A stretch of DNA of 32,000 nt from assembly GCF_008065095.1 (NCBI RefSeq), contig NZ_CP042911.1:7710001-7742000 (forward strand), in the 5' to 3' direction. The stretch is from Gemmata obscuriglobus (lineage in GTDB: Bacteria; Planctomycetota; Planctomycetia; Gemmatales; Gemmataceae). Shown here piece after piece: positions 16,801 to 25,273 of the stretch. Position 1 is the first letter of the stretch. The number at the start of each line of letters is the position of its first letter. The notes beneath the pieces were generated by a model, which saw only the letters and a program-made list of their open reading frames with translations, did not search any database and was not told the DNA's origin. The position numbers were made by a program, and so were the translations under genes.

Positions 16801-16918
16801 GCACCGGATCGCCCAGCGCGGCCCGAACACCGGCCAGATGCCGCCGCTGTCCTCGGCCCGCGTGGACCGGGCCGGCGTCGAACTGCTGACCGAGTGGTGC
16901 AAGAGCTTGCGTAAGTAG
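13886..16918 (+). CDS. Secreted multidomain protein: CBM9/DOMON-like N-domain, glucose/sorbosone-dehydrogenase-type beta-propeller, and C-terminal domain with two CXXCH motifs
   Basis: Signal peptide: MFRFRTPLALATLALLLAVAAVG. N-domain: PIVLDGLADEPAW...LLWDREYIYF...YYEFQVNAAG...WSVEGRIPW. Propeller motifs: DGMMYVTSGDG, YGLRNPWRVTYD, GENYGWSVTEG, GGVVYHG. CMVCH is encoded at 16322-16336 and CSSCH at 16631-16645. The C-terminal 350 aa resembles what I recall as the TIGR03806/HNE_0200-type region. This is unverified. Confidence 0.9.
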   Translation: MFRFRTPLALATLALLLAVAAVGSPRSPADKRPEHPVPEPYKQAPPHSFECRWADTPIVLDGLADEPAWALAQPISAFHVPWLGDKARMSRTATAAKLLWDREYIYFHADMEDSDLFADITEHDGGLWKNDVFELFLRPDAEKLGYYEFQVNAAGARFDAFYPKYDLDRLGAHAKAGTFGLEAKVKLRGTLNARDDADKGWSVEGRIPWGDFLRTGGRPVAGEKWKLNLCRFDYSADWAEPELSCVAPIAKKKIPPFFHQSDDYATLTFVGPTAATAKPYGIEAREPVASKVVGFPDPPPPFVATRILGKYRPEYPIRVEPIPGTSEALVITQPHAYGPTKVLRVPFGPGATDKDAVKQLDTPNGGTAYDIAFHPKFAENRYVYIGWNGSPTGRKKKSSIISRYTMTAKAPYELDPKSERTVIEWESDGHNGAAVCFGPDGMMYVTSGDGTADSDANLTGQRTDLLLAKVLRIDVDHPADGKMYGVPKDNPYIGRKEFAPETWAYGLRNPWRVTYDAKLNQLWVGQNGQDLWEQAYLVKKGENYGWSVTEGSHPFYPNRKAGPTPITKPTVEHHHSEARSLTGGVVYHGDKLPGLKGAYVYGDYSTGHIWAVKHTGEKIEWHKKIAITTLKITNFALDRDGELVICHHAPAGEGGFYTLTPNTAKADTGFPKKLSESGLFASVKDHTMAPGVVPYSVNAPFWSDGLHKERFLAVPAGKVSYKRAGGWDFPDGAVLVKSFALETREGDPASRTWIETRFMTRQGGEWYGYSYVWNDAGTDATLVDAAGLDREFTVRTAAGAAKQSWHYPSRAECMVCHSRAANYVLGLCEVQMNKDHTYPNGRTDNQLRVLEHLGLLDVGWAGEAKDPSARQQPDQREPKPTGMLPAPPAGLKRLANPYDKTQPLAERAKAYLHVNCSSCHVEAGGGNAQMDLGYATAWDKMRLIDAKPVHQSFGLADARLVAPGAPERSVVLHRIAQRGPNTGQMPPLSSARVDRAGVELLTEWCKSLRK

Positions 16919-17038
16919 GCACCGCGGGGGCGCAGTACTGGTTCGGTCGAACTGCCGGCGCGAGCCGGCGGTGTGAATTGAAGAGCCCAGCCGGCTCTCG
17001 CAGGTTAATAGGTCTCCGAGCACGGGAAGCGCTCTGAA

Positions 17039-17392
17039 ATGCCGTGGTATCTCACCATACGCTCGGACCCCACATACTCCCGCAGCACACATACCGAGCC
17101 GCTGGTTGGCTACATACTCTCGTCACTCGAACTCGTGCAAACCGGACCGCAGGAGTTCCGTAACGCTCCAACCTCACCGTGGGTCGTCCTCGTCATGGCG
17201 ACGGCTGACGAAACTGGCTGTTACGCGGTTAACACGCTTGCCCAACCGACCGCGAACGTAGTGGAACTGATCTGCGGAGATGGCGACGAGAGTTGGTACG
17301 AGTCGCTTGCCATCAAGGTCGCCTCATTCCTTAGTTGGGAAGCGGTCGACGAACACGAAGAGCGAGTCATCCGTTCCGCTGAGGAAACGTAG
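17039..17392 (+). CDS. Small acidic hypothetical protein (117 aa), low-GC gene
   Basis: It is the only sizeable ORF in a lower-GC islet, with GGAAG about 10 nt upstream of ATG 17039. No domain recognised. Confidence 0.4.
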   Translation: MPWYLTIRSDPTYSRSTHTEPLVGYILSSLELVQTGPQEFRNAPTSPWVVLVMATADETGCYAVNTLAQPTANVVELICGDGDESWYESLAIKVASFLSWEAVDEHEERVIRSAEET

Positions 17393-17440
17393 ATTTGCTT
17401 CGCACCGCGTGCTGCTGAGCATCGCACACCAACCGGTTGT

Positions 17441-17566
17441 TGGCTTCCGTCTTTTTTTTGTCTTTGCAGCAAAGACATTCATACATGCACCACAAATAAA
17501 AGATCGCACAGGCATGAATTCCTGCGCCACAAGAAACAGACACAACCAGCCGGACCGTGAATCAGG
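17441..17566 (-). repeat. Family B repeat, copy B2 (reverse orientation, decayed centre)
   Basis: Both flanks align with the reverse complement of B1: aaccggttgttgg...gtctttg on the left, and gccacaagaaacagacacaaccagccggacc on the right. The central arms have lost complementarity and are AT-rich. Confidence 0.7.
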
Positions 17567-17772
17567 ATTTTGACACCGAGCGTTCTCCTACTTTTCAGCA
17601 CCAACACACAACGTCCCCGCTTACCAGCGTGGATTGCTACCATCACGCCTGCGGCCGGGCGCCGGCAGTAATGGCGTCGAAATCGAAAGCTGGTATCGCG
17701 CGCCCCGTGCGGCGGGCGCCCGATGTTGGCGGGCGCGAGTTGCCTCGCGCGCGGTTCGTGCATTTTGAAGGC

Positions 17773-17912
17773 ATGGCCGGCGAGTTGTCGTTCGAGAACC
17801 CCGAGCTCCTGTGGCTGGCGCCGCTCGCGCTGTTCGTCGCGTGGTGGTGGGGCCGGCGGTCGCGCCCCGCGCTGCGGTTCAGCGACGTGAGCCGCTTCGG
17901 CCCGCACCCCGG
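17773..17912 (+). pseudogene. Remnant: N-terminal about 46 codons of a BatA/aerotolerance-type (N-terminal double-TM) protein
   Basis: MAGELSFENPELLWLAPLALFVAWWWGRRSRPALRFSDVS matches the BatA_N pattern (F-x-N/H-P-x-x-L, TM helix, RRR, L-x-F-S). The reading frame then runs into antisense ATPase sequence. Confidence 0.55.
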
Positions 17913-18802
17913 GCGGCGCGCTACCGTCTCGGCCGCGTCTTCCCGGATCGGGTCGGCGAACGAGAGGAACCCGGCCAGCGTTAGGCCGGCTTCGTCCGCG
18001 GCGGAGAGCCGGCCCTTCGGTTCGACGGTCCGCGTGGCGACCGCGAGGATGCGGTACCCGTCCGTGGCCCGGCCGCGGACGTGCTCCTCGATTCGGTCCC
18101 GGGTGACCGCGTCGGGGGGGCGAATTTCGGGTCCGTCTTCCCAGCTTTCGCAGCAGGCGAGGACGCTTTCGGGCGCCCCCTACAGTGATCAGCGCCGCCC
18201 CGGCCGGTCGCGGTCACCACCGCCGTCCCGGTCCCGCTCACGACCGAGGTGCCGAAGAACACGAGGTCGGTCCGGTCCAGCGCGGCCGGGCCGCTCGGGT
18301 CGGCGCCGGTGGCCCCCACCTCCTTCTCCGTTGGGAGCGACTCGCCCGTGAGCGCCGCCTGCTGGAGGTTGAGGTGGCGGGCCTCGACCAGCCGGGCGTC
18401 GGCCGGGACGAGGTCCCCGGCCCCGAGGCGGATGAGGTCCCCGGGGACCACGTCCCGGCGCGGGAGCTCCGCCCACGCCCCGGCCCGCTTCACCGTGGCC
18501 GTGACCGCGACCCGGTCCTGGAGCCGGCGGACCGCTTGATCGGACCGCAGGGTCTGGACGAACTGGATCGCCGCACTCACGGTGACCACGACGGCGATGA
18601 CGGCGGCGGTCGCGAAATCCCCGGCCGCGGCCGCAACGGTTCCCGCGACCAGGAGGATCAGCGTCAGCGGGTTCAGCACCGTCGCCGCGAGCTGCCGCGG
18701 GCCGCCCGACCGGGCGGCCGGTGCGACCTCGTTCGGCCCGTGCGCGTCGAGCCGGGAGCGGGCTTCGGCGGTCGTGAGGCCGTCCGGCGGGGGCAGGTCC
18801 AT
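17913..18802 (-). pseudogene. P-type cation-transporting ATPase, two non-contiguous fragments in different frames
   Basis: Fragment 1 (about 18200-18802) reads MDLPPPDGLTTAEARSRLDAHGPNE...VVPGDLIRLGAGDLVPADARL...ALTGESLP...FFGTSVVSGTGTAVVTATG, covering the N-terminus, TM1-2 and actuator domain with TGES. Fragment 2 (17913-18180, other frame) reads GAPESVLACCE...GYRILAVATR...LAGFLSFADPIREDAAETVARR. DKTGT, TGD, GDGxND and the C-terminal TM helices are absent. Confidence 0.8.
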
Positions 18803-19073
18803 GCCGAGACCTTTGGTCAGCAGTCGGTGCGCGAGCGCCACCCGGGCGGGGCGTTCGGCAGGAGGAAACGTCGAAGACTTCTTATAGCACTGCCACGGCG
18901 ACTGGCACCCGGCCGGCCCCATCAATGCCCGTTGCAGCCGGAACCTCACGCACAAGGTTCGGGGCCGCGACGTGTCGCCCAGCTCGGCGCCAGCGCCCGG
19001 CGCTTTTTCGCGCGTCGGAGGGAGGGTCGGTGGGGTTATGTTGGCGGGAAGTTGACCCGCCACGAGGTCCGCA

Positions 19074-22000
19074 ATGACTGCTCCGCTGGTTCTGCTCCAT
19101 CGCCTTCCGGGTGCGGCCGCGCCGGTGCCCGACGGGGAGCTGCTGCGCCGGTACGCCGAATCGCGCGACGAGGCCGCGTTCGCCGAGCTGGTGCGGCGCA
19201 ACGGCCCGCTGGTGCTGCGCGCGTGCCGCAACGTGCTCCACAACCCGGCCGACGCCGACGACGCGTTCCAGTCCACGTTCATCCGACTCGCCCGGCACGC
19301 CACCGGGCGGACCCGTGCCGCGTCCGTGGCCGGGTGGCTGCACACGGTGGCGGTGCGGTCCGCGGGAAAGATCCGGCGCAGCGCCGCCCGGCGCCAGAAG
19401 CGCGAGAGCGCGAACCGCGAGCGGCCCGCCCCTTCACCGGCCGATGACACGCTGTGGGCGGAGTTGCGGGAGCGGATCGACGCGGAGCTGGCCCGGCTCC
19501 CGGAGGTGTACCGGTTGCCGCTGCTGTTGTGCTACGTGCAGGGCCTCAGCTACGCGGACGCGGCCCGTCGCCTCGGGTGCTCGCCGGGCGCGCTGCGGGG
19601 GCGGCTGGAGCGGGGCCGCGAGCAGTTACGGGGGCGGCTCGGGCGGTGGGGACTGCCGGCGGTGCTGGTCGTGGTGGGTGGGACGGCGCCGGTTGTCAGC
19701 GCGGGGCTGCGCGAGTCCACGCTGGCGGCGGTGCGCGGTGCCACCAGCGTTGTGGGCGGGTGGGCGAAATGGACCGCCGCGTTCGTGCTCGTTGCGGCGG
19801 CGGTTGCCGGCGCCGGGCTGGCTGGGTTCCACGCGTCCGGCGCGCCGCCCGAACCGCCTGCAACCGCATCGAAAGCGACCCAGACCGAGCGATCCGAGAA
19901 GGGCGAGCCGGTCGCGAAGAGCGACGCAGCCGGGGACCCGCTCCCGGTTGGGGCGCTGGCCCGGATGGGGTCGTCGCGGTTCCACCACGGGTCGAACATT
20001 CACCGGCTAACGGTGTCACGGGACGGTAAGTGGGCCGTCTCCTACGGTTCGCACACCGGCTACCGGGTGTGGGAGCTGGCCACCGGACGCGAGCAGGTTC
20101 CGAAGGGCATGCCGGCTAACGCTCGGTTCACCGGATCGATGGGAGGGATGAGCGCGGCGGTCCAGTGGGAGGCCGCGGTCGCGCCGTTCGGCGACCGGGT
20201 GGTCGCGGTCGTCCCGGACCGAGAGAAGCCGCTCACCCGGGTGCTCGATGTGGTGACCGGAGAGGAGGTCGCCCGCGTCCCCGCGTCCCTTGCGCACGTC
20301 CTCACCCGCCCTCTCGTTACGTCGGACCGCGAACCGGAACTTTCGGTGAACGGCAAATGGATGTTGTGGACGCACACGACTTCCGACAACAACGCCGCCA
20401 AGAAGACGGTGTACGCCGCCGACCTCACCGCGAAGGAGCCCCGGCCGGTTGTGTTCGCCGAGGTGGGCGACGGCCCCCTGTTCGGACTGACCCCGGCGGC
20501 CAACGGCCGAGCGGTGCTGATGCACTTCCAGAGCACTTACGAAGTGTGGGATATGGAGAAACGGGCCGCGACACTGAAAGTGCCCGTCGAGGGGGGCGGC
20601 AACCTTCTCGGGCACGCGTTACTATCGCCAGACGGTCAGACGCTTGCCGTGGTGCAGCCCGGAGCGGCCACGTTTCAGCTCTGGGATGTGGCTACCAAGA
20701 AGCAACTGCCGGCCCCGGCCGAGCCGTTCCGGGATCGTGTCGACGTGAGGGACTTCTCCCCTGACGGCAAACTGGTGCTGGGGTCGAACCCGGACGGTGC
20801 GCTGCGGATGTGGGAGGTGGCCACCGGCAAGAAGGTGCGGGACTACGGCGGCCTCGCGCACGGGGCCTGGGCCGCCGCGTTCGCACCGGACGGCAAGCGG
20901 ATCGTGACCGCCCGGCTCGACGACGTGAACGTTATTGATGTGGCAACCGGGAAGCCGGTCCACGACTTCGGCGGGCACACGTCCTCGCTCCACGAGGTGC
21001 TTTTTATCGCGGACGGCCGGTTGCTCACCAGCGCCGGGTCGGCGCTGCTCTGGGACCCGCGCATCGGGCGCAAACTCGGGGTGTTCCGGGAACACGGCGG
21101 GCTTGGCGGCTTGTCCGTTTCTCGGGCAGGGGCGCTGATCGCCACCACCGGCGGTGACCAGAAGGCACGGCTGTGGTCCGCAACCACGCTCACCGAACTG
21201 CGAGCCATCGACCTGAAGGGGCTCACCGGGCACTCGACCGATTTCTCCCCGGACGGCAAGGAACTGATCGTCGGCGGGAACGAGCCCGGTATCCGGGTGT
21301 TCGACACGGCCACCGGTCAGCCGGTCCGGGTGGTCGCTGCGGGCGAGGTCGCGAACTGGGTACGGTTCACGCCGGACGGCCAGTGGGTGGTGTTCCGCCA
21401 GTGGAGCGACAAGACCAAGGTGCGCGTGTGGGACCGGGCGGCGGATAAAGAGGTGCTCACGTTCGACGCCGGGGGAGGGTTCATTTACACACTGGACCTT
21501 TCGCCCGACGGTCGGCTGCTGGCGGCCGGTGGTAAGGACGGGCACGCCCGGGTGTTTGATCTGAGGAACGGAAAACAGGTGGGCGAGTTCGACACGAACC
21601 TTCGCCCCGCTCCATCAGAACACAACGCGAACAGCGTGTACGCGGTCGCGTTCTCGCCCGACGGTCGGTTGCTGGCGGTTGGCGGTGCGGACGGAGTCGT
21701 CCGGATGCAGGAGTTGGCGACGGGTGGCGAGCGGCTCCGGTTCTCGGGTCACCGTGGCGCCGTGCTGGAACTGGCGTTCTCTCCGGACGGTGCGCTGCTG
21801 GTGTCCGGGAGCGGGGACAGATCGGCGGTGACGTGGGACGCGACCGGGGCGGGGCTGCCGATCGACCCGAAGCACCAGCCGAAGGACGCGGCCGACGCGT
21901 GGGCACGGCTGTCGGACCGGGACGCGGCGGTCGGGTTCGGGGCGGTGCGCTACCTGGCATCCCGTCCGGTGGACGCGGTGGCGCTCGCGAAGGGCGTGCG

Positions 22001-22412
22001 CCCCGTGCCGCCGGCGGACCCGAAGGTGGTCGCGGGTCTGGTAGGGAAGCTGGGGAGCGAGGACTTCGTGACGCGCGAGCAGTCGGAGAAGGAACTGGTG
22101 GCGCTGGGCGAGGGTGCGGCGGACGGGCTCCGGGCGGCGCTGGCGCAGGCGACGGACGCCGAGTCGCGTCAGCGGCTGACGAAGCTGCTGGCGCCGCTGG
22201 GCGGTCCGGTTCGCACGGGTGATCGGCTGCGTGCGCTGCGGGCCGTGGAGGTGCTGGAGCGCGTGGGCACGGCGGAGGCCCGGGAGGCACTACGGGTGTG
22301 GTCGGGCGGAGCGCGTGGTGCGGAACTGACCGAGGCGGCGCGAGCGGCGGTGGCGCGGCTCGATGCGCGGAGCGCTGCGCCCAAGGGATTCAAGGAACTG
22401 CCGAAGCGGTGA
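19074..22412 (+). CDS. ECF-type sigma factor fused to a transmembrane helix and a long WD40 beta-propeller region
   Basis: Sigma2: ELLRRYAESRDEAAFAELVRRNGPLVLRACRNVLHNPADADDAFQSTFIRLARHA. Sigma4: LPEVYRLPLLLCYVQGLSYADAARRLGCSPGALRGRLERGREQLR. TM helix: WTAAFVLVAAAVAGAGLAGF. Many WD40-like units follow (FSPDGK..., VWD/LWD/MWE). The helical tail is DFVTREQSEKELVALGEGA...RALRAVEVLERVGTAEA. GAGG lies 6 nt before ATG 19074. Confidence 0.9.
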   Translation: MTAPLVLLHRLPGAAAPVPDGELLRRYAESRDEAAFAELVRRNGPLVLRACRNVLHNPADADDAFQSTFIRLARHATGRTRAASVAGWLHTVAVRSAGKIRRSAARRQKRESANRERPAPSPADDTLWAELRERIDAELARLPEVYRLPLLLCYVQGLSYADAARRLGCSPGALRGRLERGREQLRGRLGRWGLPAVLVVVGGTAPVVSAGLRESTLAAVRGATSVVGGWAKWTAAFVLVAAAVAGAGLAGFHASGAPPEPPATASKATQTERSEKGEPVAKSDAAGDPLPVGALARMGSSRFHHGSNIHRLTVSRDGKWAVSYGSHTGYRVWELATGREQVPKGMPANARFTGSMGGMSAAVQWEAAVAPFGDRVVAVVPDREKPLTRVLDVVTGEEVARVPASLAHVLTRPLVTSDREPELSVNGKWMLWTHTTSDNNAAKKTVYAADLTAKEPRPVVFAEVGDGPLFGLTPAANGRAVLMHFQSTYEVWDMEKRAATLKVPVEGGGNLLGHALLSPDGQTLAVVQPGAATFQLWDVATKKQLPAPAEPFRDRVDVRDFSPDGKLVLGSNPDGALRMWEVATGKKVRDYGGLAHGAWAAAFAPDGKRIVTARLDDVNVIDVATGKPVHDFGGHTSSLHEVLFIADGRLLTSAGSALLWDPRIGRKLGVFREHGGLGGLSVSRAGALIATTGGDQKARLWSATTLTELRAIDLKGLTGHSTDFSPDGKELIVGGNEPGIRVFDTATGQPVRVVAAGEVANWVRFTPDGQWVVFRQWSDKTKVRVWDRAADKEVLTFDAGGGFIYTLDLSPDGRLLAAGGKDGHARVFDLRNGKQVGEFDTNLRPAPSEHNANSVYAVAFSPDGRLLAVGGADGVVRMQELATGGERLRFSGHRGAVLELAFSPDGALLVSGSGDRSAVTWDATGAGLPIDPKHQPKDAADAWARLSDRDAAVGFGAVRYLASRPVDAVALAKGVRPVPPADPKVVAGLVGKLGSEDFVTREQSEKELVALGEGAADGLRAALAQATDAESRQRLTKLLAPLGGPVRTGDRLRALRAVEVLERVGTAEAREALRVWSGGARGAELTEAARAAVARLDARSAAPKGFKELPKR

Positions 22413-22484
22413 GATCGGATCGTCACGCGGCAGATCGGTGCCCCGGACGATCTCTGCCTGAAGTTGCTCGACGCGTTACATAAA

Positions 22485-22515
22485 GAAGCCGCGCGGCCGT
22501 GAGCCGCGCGGCTTC
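22485..22515. terminator. GC-rich hairpin between convergent genes (terminator candidate)
   Basis: gaagccgcgcgg (22485-22496) pairs with ccgcgcggcttc (22504-22515). On the minus strand it is followed by TTTATG. It sits 73 nt after stop 22412 and 21 nt after the rpmA stop. Confidence 0.5.
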
Positions 22516-22535
22516 GGGTGAATCCGTTCGCCAAC

Positions 22536-22805
22536 TCAGCAGATGGCGGTCGAGGTCGGGTCGTTCGGCTGCACGTTGATCCGGCGGCCGCCCTGGTCGA
22601 AGTACACTTTGCCTTCCACCAGCGAGAAGATGCTGCAGTCCTTCGCGATCCGCACGAAACGGCCCGGGTGGAACTTCGTGCCGCACTGCGTCACGATGAT
22701 GCTCCCCACCGTCACGGCCTGTCCGCCGTAGGCCTTCAGCCCGCGGCGCTTCGACAGCGAGTCGCGACCGTTACGAACCGAACCCTGACCCTTCTTGTGT
22801 GCCAT
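22536..22805 (-). CDS. rpmA: 50S ribosomal protein L27
   Basis: [48 protein letters not shown] aligns residue-for-residue with E. coli L27 [61 protein letters not shown] precedes the ATG. Confidence 0.95.
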   Translation of the reverse strand: MAHKKGQGSVRNGRDSLSKRRGLKAYGGQAVTVGSIIVTQCGTKFHPGRFVRIAKDCSIFSLVEGKVYFDQGGRRINVQPNDPTSTAIC

Positions 22806-23393
22806 GACCTTATCCTCCCCGGAACCTGATTTCTACGCAGGATAGAGTATTGTAGCGGTTATGCGAGGGTGGGCAAGGCGCGGTTTCGGGTGCGGGTGCA
22901 AACCCGATTTTCTGCGGGGGCGTTACCGTTCTTCTGGCAAAACCACCTGGGAACTGGCGCTTGCCGGCCTCATTTACCCCCAGAGAACACCCTCGACGGG
23001 CGGCGCGGGGGCAAGGTAAAAGGGGCTATAAGTCTCAAAAGGCACCACTGAAAAGCGTTGAGCGTACTCGAAACGTCTCAGCCAGTGTCGACGGTGACCA
23101 AAGAACCCAATTCTGCCACAAGGAACGCAAAGCTGGAACCGTGACGGGATTGCATCGGGGGGGCCGCACTCTCCATCGCCGAAGGACCCGTGTTCGACAA
23201 CGCGCCGAACATTGCACAAGTCGTCGCTACCGCCGGGCCGCTCGACGCAACCAGTGTTCCCGTGTCGTTCAACGGTTGCACGGTTCCGTGATTTCTGTTT
23301 AGCTCGTCCTGTGGACCTTCACAGCATGTGAGGTTCTGCCGGACGAGTGAACCGTCTGTGGACGCGCGGGCCGGATCGAAGAGGAGGTCGACA

Positions 23394-24236
23394 ATGGATC
23401 GCCGTCGGAGCGGGTTTTCTCTCATCGAAGTCCTCGTCGCGGTGGCGATCCTCGCCGTCCTCGTCGGGTTACTCCTTCCCGCGATTCAACGGGTTCGGGC
23501 TGCTGGCGCCCGAACCGAGGAGTTGAATAAGATCCGCCAAATCGGCCTCGCGGCACACGCCTTCGCCGCGGACCATCAGGGGAAACTGCCCAACGTCGAT
23601 TACGTTGAGCCGTCGCTCGGTTTGTCGCTGTTCGATTCGCTCGGAAATTACCTGGAGATTTCGACGAGCACGAGCGAGAGCTACAACCACCCGCGGTTCC
23701 TCCAAAGTCGCTACGACCCGACCTTCGCGACACCGGTTCCCGAAACGAGTCACGCGGACTGCAGTTATGTCTCCAACGCCGTCGTGTTTCGCGCCGGAGC
23801 GTCGCTCGATACGACCTTCGCGGACGGCACGTCCTCAACCATCGCCTTCTCTCAGCACTACGCCAAGTGCGGCCCGGCCGCGTGCTCTTGGTCGCTGCTC
23901 GGCCCGTCGTGCTTCGAGTATGGCACCAACCGACGGATTCCTTGCGACCCTCCTCACACCCGCCGCGCCACCTTCGCCGATGATGGTTACAACGATGTCC
24001 TGCCGCTGACCCGGGGGGCACCGCCTGCCAGTACCGGTACGACGCCGGGGGTGACGTTCCAGATCCGGCCTTTGCCAACGGAGTGTAATTTTCGCGTGCT
24101 CCAATCGTTTTTCACGGATGGTCTTCTCGTCGCTCTCGGCGACGGAAGCGGGCGCCTGATTCGACCATCCATTGATCCCACGGTCTTTTGGGGTGCGGTA
24201 ACGCCGGCAGGAGGAGAAATCATCGCCGATTGGTAG
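23394..24236 (+). CDS. DUF1559 protein with prepilin-type N-terminal methylation/cleavage motif (H-X9-DG family, His replaced by Phe)
   Basis: GAGGAGG at 23381-23387 precedes ATG 23394. MDRRRSGFSLIEVLVAVAILAVLVGLLLPAIQRVRAAGAR is the class-III signal. The C-terminal SFFTDGLLVALGDGSGRLI corresponds to the sfH-x9-DGS motif with H to F. Confidence 0.9.
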   Translation: MDRRRSGFSLIEVLVAVAILAVLVGLLLPAIQRVRAAGARTEELNKIRQIGLAAHAFAADHQGKLPNVDYVEPSLGLSLFDSLGNYLEISTSTSESYNHPRFLQSRYDPTFATPVPETSHADCSYVSNAVVFRAGASLDTTFADGTSSTIAFSQHYAKCGPAACSWSLLGPSCFEYGTNRRIPCDPPHTRRATFADDGYNDVLPLTRGAPPASTGTTPGVTFQIRPLPTECNFRVLQSFFTDGLLVALGDGSGRLIRPSIDPTVFWGAVTPAGGEIIADW

Positions 24237-24539
24237 AGCCCTTCTGAGGCTCGTGTGGCAAGAGGCACCTGTGAGGCCGCACGGGGCGGTGATGCCCTGA
24301 GTCGTTGCACGGCGAGATAGGCCAACCGGTCGATGAGTGATCCGATGTCACCAGTGAGCCCGGCGGCCATCGCCGAGGTTCGGATTTGGTATCGGCGCGT
24401 CCCCGCACTTGATGTGCTGGTGAGCACGAGCCAACAGAAGAAACTGTAGCTGGAATCGCTGAACGTGGTCGAGGCTCGGTGTGTGTTCGAGTCGTCGCGC
24501 CAGTGGTGCGTGTAAGGCAAACGGGACGCCACCCGAAAC

Positions 24540-24968
24540 TCACCGCGGGGGCTTCACCCGCTCGAACACGAACAGGATCGCCCCCGATTTCGGCCCCGCC
24601 GCGAACTCCGCCGGCCGCTTGTTATCGCCGCGAAAACAAATCACCAACTTGTCCGCGCCGTCGAACTTGTAAATGCCTTCGATCTTGTCGCCGTTCCTGT
24701 CCGTCAGGTCGAGCGCTGCGGGCTTTTGGGCGGGGGCGAGCTTCAGTGTTGCCGCGTCGTCTTTGTTGTATTGTGGGATCAGCTTGTCACCAGTGAACGT
24801 CCACGCGCGGTTTTTCAGTTTGTCCGCCGGAACCGTCTCCCCGTCTTTCGTTACGGCCACCATTTGCCACTCGCCCTGGAACCGTAACAGCTCCTTTTCC
24901 GCGCCTTCGTCGGCACGGACTTGCCCCGGAGTGAGCAACAGAACCCCCAAGAAGCCGAGAACGCGCAT
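24540..24968 (-). CDS. TIGR03067-type planctomycete small secreted (lipocalin-like) protein
   Basis: Signal peptide: MRVLGFLGVLLLTPGQVRA. Then LLRFQGEWQMVAVTKDGETVPADKLKN..WTFTGDKL...PAALDLTD...IEGIYKFDGADKLVICF...RPAEF. GGAGG lies upstream. Confidence 0.85.
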   Translation of the reverse strand: MRVLGFLGVLLLTPGQVRADEGAEKELLRFQGEWQMVAVTKDGETVPADKLKNRAWTFTGDKLIPQYNKDDAATLKLAPAQKPAALDLTDRNGDKIEGIYKFDGADKLVICFRGDNKRPAEFAAGPKSGAILFVFERVKPPR

Positions 24969-25273
24969 CGGTGAGCCTCCGGAACTGCGGTCGAAGAGCT
25001 TCTTACCGCCGCAGACGGACCGTGGGCAAGATGGCCACGCGAGCGGTACGATGTCGCAATCGCTGGCCGGCGTCCGGTTTCACACCGCCAGCTCGCGCGA
25101 ACTCACGGGTGCGAATGGCTTTTTGTACGCAGGATTACGACCAGTGTAATGAGAGAAGAGGCTGATGTGGGGAGTTTGGGTAATATGCGATGGCGGGTGA
25201 AACAGGCGCGACGGTTGCACATTGCCGGAGCAGCGCGGCCACGTCGGCCGCTCGACTCTCTGAGGTGCTTTTG

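Noticed and set aside
13862-17092. A 1076-aa ORF on the minus strand, the longest in the track.
   Set aside because: It is the antisense shadow of the 13886-16918 gene. The translation is Arg/Gly/Pro/Val-rich low-complexity sequence with no motif, while the plus strand has a signal peptide and recognisable domains. Stop-free antisense frames are expected at this G+C.
17557-19450. Track ORFs 17981-19450(-) of 489 aa and 17557-18351(+) of 264 aa, read as intact genes.
   Set aside because: Only sub-segments carry recognisable protein sequence (ATPase N-terminus, BatA N-terminus). The rest is out-of-frame read-through, so I treat them as pseudogene fragments.
22806-23393. Whether the long rpmA-upstream intergenic region encodes a known ncRNA (tmRNA, RNase P, SRP, 6S, ribosomal leader).
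   Set aside because: I could not find any of the diagnostic conserved strings by eye. Only a local imperfect hairpin is visible, at about 23301-23350. A covariance-model scan (Rfam/Infernal) would be needed to decide.
23987-24532. A minus-strand 181-aa ORF spanning the DUF1559 3' end and the following intergenic region, considered as a possible IS fragment.
   Set aside because: Half of it is antisense to a confidently called gene. The remainder has no recognisable transposase motif or GC3 bias.
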